Shown piece by piece: positions 33,196 through 36,452 of a DNA stretch of 36,452 bases. The number at the start of each line of letters is the position of its first letter. Within the stretch, counting starts at the first letter, position 1. Where the stretch lies: contig JBJMMA010000251.1 in the NCBI GenBank assembly GCA_045805065.1, positions 1 to 36,452 on the forward strand, given 5' to 3'. This DNA comes from Bdellovibrionia bacterium. GTDB lineage: Bacteria; Bdellovibrionota; UBA1018. Both the position numbers and the translations under genes were made by a program. The notes under the pieces were generated by a model that worked only from the letters and a program-made list of their open reading frames with translations, searched no databases and was not told the DNA's origin.

Positions 33196-34170
33196 GTGAA
33201 TCCGTTCAACCGGCCAAAAAGGCTTTCTAACTTACTCATTCTCGCATCGATCCTTGGATATTCCACGTCCGGATTGGCGTCGGGGGATCCTTGCCTTGTG
33301 CAGGGTTTGCAAAACCGCCTGGGCACCTCGGAAGTCCAGTCCAAACTTCCGCCGATCATTGAGAAGCATGAACTCGTTCCGCTCGCTCATAAAGTGACGG
33401 ACGTGAGCCGGTTGAAGAAGGCCACCCGCATTCTGAACATTCATGATGCAAAGGACAGAACAAAGCTTTCGGGACTGGCGGATGGCACCTATGTCTATGT
33501 CATGGATACCAACGGACATCTGGCGATTTCTAATCGTGTGATGGATCCAGGCGCGGCCGCCATGCGAAATCCGGATGGCACCTTTCTGGGATCACACGCC
33601 GGTTTGGCTGCACTGCTTGAAAGTGAGTTCAAAGCTCCGCCTCAGTTTGTCGCAGCAGGAGAAGTCGTTGTCAGAAGTGGGCAAGTGAAAGTGGTCAGCA
33701 ACGGCTCTGGCACCTACCGGGGAGCGCAATCAAATCTCACCTATGCTGCTGAGCATATGCAATCTATGGGTCTGGCGGTGGACGTCAAAACTGAACTGCG
33801 AGATTACTCTGCCAATAAGTATGCGAACCCGCACGGCTCAGTCGAATCGCAAGTGCGTGATGCGCTGAAGCTCGAGCATGATCCGCATCTCAAGCAGATT
33901 TGGGAATACACGCGTAAAGTCATGGGTGAATTGGATCGGAATCTCACGGATAGTAAGCCGATCCGAAAAGTCATCATGGATCCCTCGACATCACCGGCAG
34001 ACCAAGCACTTCTTTTTAAGGGAGTCCAGTTTTTCTCCAACTGGCGCCAGCCTCAAGAGGAAGAAGGCTATGTCGTGCATCACTATCTTGAGTCGATGGG
34101 CGAAGAGCAATTTCTGAGACTACTGAATAAATTCTCAGAGATCGCGTCTGCAAATCCTGCTCATCCGTAA
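33196..34170 (+). CDS. Secreted protein with putative ADP-ribosyltransferase-like toxin domain
   Basis: Signal peptide; YVYVMD..G.L, SHAGL, AAGEV....G....VSNGSGTY pattern resembling the AGE...SNxSGHY family (RhsP2-like Rhs toxin tips, plant IQM proteins). The CDS is confident; the function is tentative. Confidence 0.5.
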   Translation: MNPFNRPKRLSNLLILASILGYSTSGLASGDPCLVQGLQNRLGTSEVQSKLPPIIEKHELVPLAHKVTDVSRLKKATRILNIHDAKDRTKLSGLADGTYVYVMDTNGHLAISNRVMDPGAAAMRNPDGTFLGSHAGLAALLESEFKAPPQFVAAGEVVVRSGQVKVVSNGSGTYRGAQSNLTYAAEHMQSMGLAVDVKTELRDYSANKYANPHGSVESQVRDALKLEHDPHLKQIWEYTRKVMGELDRNLTDSKPIRKVIMDPSTSPADQALLFKGVQFFSNWRQPQEEEGYVVHHYLESMGEEQFLRLLNKFSEIASANPAHP

Positions 34171-34182
34171 ATTTCGTCAAAC

Positions 34183-36258
34183 TCAAAATGAACGGCTCGA
34201 CTGGCGGATTTCATTCAAAAAGAAATCCCGGTTTTTCGCTGTCGCATCCATATATTGGGATTGATCAATCATCTGGCTCTTGGCCCAGTCCATGACTTCT
34301 CGATAAAGACGCAGCTCTTCGTCGGTCCGAGCTGGATCGCTCACGATCTGGGACGCGGCCTCAAGATCTTTGTCTGACGGAACCCCATAGCCGGCCACGG
34401 GCGACGAGAGCGGCGAGGACATTCGCTCCAACTCCATCACGCGATGAAGCTTGGCGCTCATCTCGCTCTTGGGGTCATCCAGAAGACGCGCGAGCTCGGC
34501 CATGAAATCAAGGCGCGTGGTTCGCACCAGATAGGACTCAAGAATGAAAAAGTAACTTGCCAGGCTTTTCTGTGACATGCTGGCGCCAGTGTTGAGTGAC
34601 TTGAGCGATTTGAGCGACTTGAGCAAAAGGTACAGCTGCTTCCGCCATTCGGCGTCCGATTTTTTCATATATTCGTCTAGGCTGGAAAAAGGCATTCTCG
34701 CGCCAGCGGCATCCCGGATTTTACTGAAAGCCTGCTCAAAGACATAGTTCGTGGTCGGAAAGAAGTAGCCCTTCTTCATCGCTTGTTTCTGATCGCTCAC
34801 GAGCTGAGTGTCGATGAGATTGAAACGGGCGAGTTCTTTATAGAGGCCGATCGGGGTCACGACATCCAGGTTTTGAAAATCAGGATTTCGAACGACGCCT
34901 TTGAGAAGATGAAGCGCCTCGGTCGCGCAATTATTGGTAATGAAGTAGTATTTGCCCTGATAGGTCCAGTACGTCTCAATCACGCGCTCAATGAACTTGG
35001 CCTTGTCTTGCTCGTTCAGATTCAGAGGGAGACTGATGAGATCTCGGGGCTCATCCAGCGTGTACTCATTCACAATGGCTGGATAAAAAGGGTAGAGGAA
35101 CATCTGCGAGGGATACTTGCCGGTGAGTCCCTTCCATGAGTCGATGGTCCAGTCTCCTTGGTTGGCCCGAAAACTGACAACCACATGGTTTGCAATATCG
35201 TTCAAACAGGCGGGGCCCACTTCCTTGCGAGTCGGATTGCAAAGGATGATCCGGAACATGGCATGGCCAAAACGGCTCATCATCTGCTTGCCCTTGCTCG
35301 CAAACAGATAGTGCACCTGATACACGCGGCTTGGATCCAGGTCGAACTTCGCTCCCGAGCCGCCAATGAGTTCGTTGCTCATCTCAAGCTGTGTGTTGAG
35401 CTTGCATTTGCGCGCAGGAAACGGATCAAAAGAGAAGTGATCCCTGAAATAGCGGTACTCGACAGGACGTCGACAGGCGTATTCCGGATCCACCAGAAAG
35501 TATTCCATGTTCACCGCAAAGCTTTCTTCGGGCTTGGTGAACTCATAGGGATCCTGGCTTCGTGCATAAAGAACGTTTCGGTTTGAAAGCGGGTCCCAGT
35601 TCTCCATATTCCTGAACGAAGGGGTTCCGGAGACAAGTCTTGGATGTTGCGAGAAATTCATTTCGCAGTTGGGAGAGGTGCCGTTCCTCAGCTCCTGAGC
35701 GATGCAATCTTGCAACTGATAGCCTCGTTCGGGCGTCATGTAGGTTGTGAAATCGTAGAGATGTGAAATCTCATGGACCAAAGTGGCAAGCGCGAGACGA
35801 TAAAGACTCTTGTGCCCACAAGCGTAGGTTTTGGATTGCTCCGGCCCTTTGATGATCTCTGCAATCATGGCCGAGTTAAGAAGCACGATGCTCGCGTTCG
35901 CTTCGGTGAGGCGCCGGCCCTGATCCACTCTGCCTCTGACTTGGGCGACATTTCCGTTCAAAGTCGTCTCAGCGCTTTGCTCCTCTCCGTTGCAGGCTGG
36001 AGTGACGAACTCCGTGGTCGAATCCAGGCGAGTCAATCGAACCGTCACCTTGCGGTTGAGGACGTTTTTCATCTGAGGGGGAAGCAGTGCCTCAGCTTCA
36101 CTCAGAAACTTCTCGACAGCGGGAATTGCTTGTTCAGAGACCGCTCCAGGAGAGAGTTCGAGCTTGAAGCCTGACGTCTCTTGCGCGTAAACCCGCGAAA
36201 CAGAGATTGCGACGAGAAGAGCAAGAAAGATCGGTCTGATTTTGCAACGGTTTGTCAT
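34183..36258 (-). CDS. Secreted DUF4105 (Lnb-N-like) protein with N-terminal zincin-like HExxH domain
   Basis: Signal peptide; LVHEISH plus EESFAVNMEYF; LFAS...MSRFGHAMFRI; YYFITNNCATE. Confidence 0.75.
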   Translation of the reverse strand: MTNRCKIRPIFLALLVAISVSRVYAQETSGFKLELSPGAVSEQAIPAVEKFLSEAEALLPPQMKNVLNRKVTVRLTRLDSTTEFVTPACNGEEQSAETTLNGNVAQVRGRVDQGRRLTEANASIVLLNSAMIAEIIKGPEQSKTYACGHKSLYRLALATLVHEISHLYDFTTYMTPERGYQLQDCIAQELRNGTSPNCEMNFSQHPRLVSGTPSFRNMENWDPLSNRNVLYARSQDPYEFTKPEESFAVNMEYFLVDPEYACRRPVEYRYFRDHFSFDPFPARKCKLNTQLEMSNELIGGSGAKFDLDPSRVYQVHYLFASKGKQMMSRFGHAMFRIILCNPTRKEVGPACLNDIANHVVVSFRANQGDWTIDSWKGLTGKYPSQMFLYPFYPAIVNEYTLDEPRDLISLPLNLNEQDKAKFIERVIETYWTYQGKYYFITNNCATEALHLLKGVVRNPDFQNLDVVTPIGLYKELARFNLIDTQLVSDQKQAMKKGYFFPTTNYVFEQAFSKIRDAAGARMPFSSLDEYMKKSDAEWRKQLYLLLKSLKSLKSLNTGASMSQKSLASYFFILESYLVRTTRLDFMAELARLLDDPKSEMSAKLHRVMELERMSSPLSSPVAGYGVPSDKDLEAASQIVSDPARTDEELRLYREVMDWAKSQMIDQSQYMDATAKNRDFFLNEIRQSSRSF

Positions 36259-36273
36259 AAAGTGAGCGAAATA

Positions 36274-36301
36274 AAAAGAGAGGGCTTGGGGCCCTCTCTT
36301 T
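36274..36301 (-). terminator. Intrinsic terminator (minus strand) between the partial upstream gene and the DUF4105 gene
   Basis: The minus strand reads AAAGAGAGGGC-CCCAA-GCCCTCTCTTT-TTATTT. Confidence 0.75.
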
Positions 36302-36321
36302 GAGTTTGACTGGAAGTGAGA

Positions 36322-36452
36322 TTACTTGGCAGTGTTGAGAATTTGCTCGGCAACCATGTGATGGAGCGTCTCGGAGTCGACCTTGCTCATTTGTTCAGCG
36401 CCGATTTGCGCGGTCATCTGTTCAGACAGGGTGCCGACGAACGATTCAAATA
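36322..36452 (-). CDS. Partial CDS (C-terminus), hypothetical, possibly DUF2388-like
   Basis: The minus frame reads FESFVGTLSEQMTAQIGAEQMSKVDSETLHHMVAEQILNTAK-stop. The AxxIL ending and position upstream of a DUF4105 gene only suggest DUF2388. Confidence 0.5.
   Translation of the reverse strand, partial: FESFVGTLSEQMTAQIGAEQMSKVDSETLHHMVAEQILNTAK

Noticed and set aside
34592..34624. 9-bp tandem repeat (LKSLKSLKSL) as a phase-variation tract
   Set aside because: It is in-frame and degenerate, so unit changes would not switch expression; it is counted only under the general slippage pattern.
21700..36452. Prophage or integrative element at tRNA-Asp
   Set aside because: No integrase, phage genes or duplicated tRNA 3' end (att) is visible in the window.

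Overview
This is a bacterial chromosome window, most likely from Bdellovibrionota; that assignment is inferred from the flagellar gene order, the TIGR02147/DUF4423-type regulators and the abundance of secreted orphan proteins. Positions 1-12833 hold the 3' end of flgE and a sigma54-driven flagellar export/switch operon (fliL fliM fliN fliO fliP fliQ fliR flhB flhA flhF flhG fliA). Positions 12854-21777 hold a PilZ protein, a beta-barrel/lipoprotein pair, a solitary RAYT-like HUH tyrosine transposase, coaE, mazG, ybeY, prfB (programmed +1 frameshift), a secreted protein, an acyltransferase and tRNA-Asp with its promoter and terminator. Downstream of the tRNA is an accessory region. Its best candidate for an undescribed system is two tandem cassettes with the same architecture: a GAAAC-N5-GTTTC palindrome 43-44 nt before the ATG, an SD-less (probably leaderless) TIGR02147-type HTH regulator, and an overlapping Sec-secreted protein with shared GNGGD and HE motifs but a different C-terminus. 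After these come a sigma54-driven PA14 lipoprotein, a PaaK-like acyl-CoA ligase, a FeeM-like N-acyltransferase fused to PilZ, and a 12-blade NHL protein with nine Cys-pair inserts. The region ends with a secreted protein carrying an ADP-ribosyltransferase-like motif behind a sigma28-type promoter, and a zincin/DUF4105 protein. All family assignments come from motif recognition by eye; no database searches were run.
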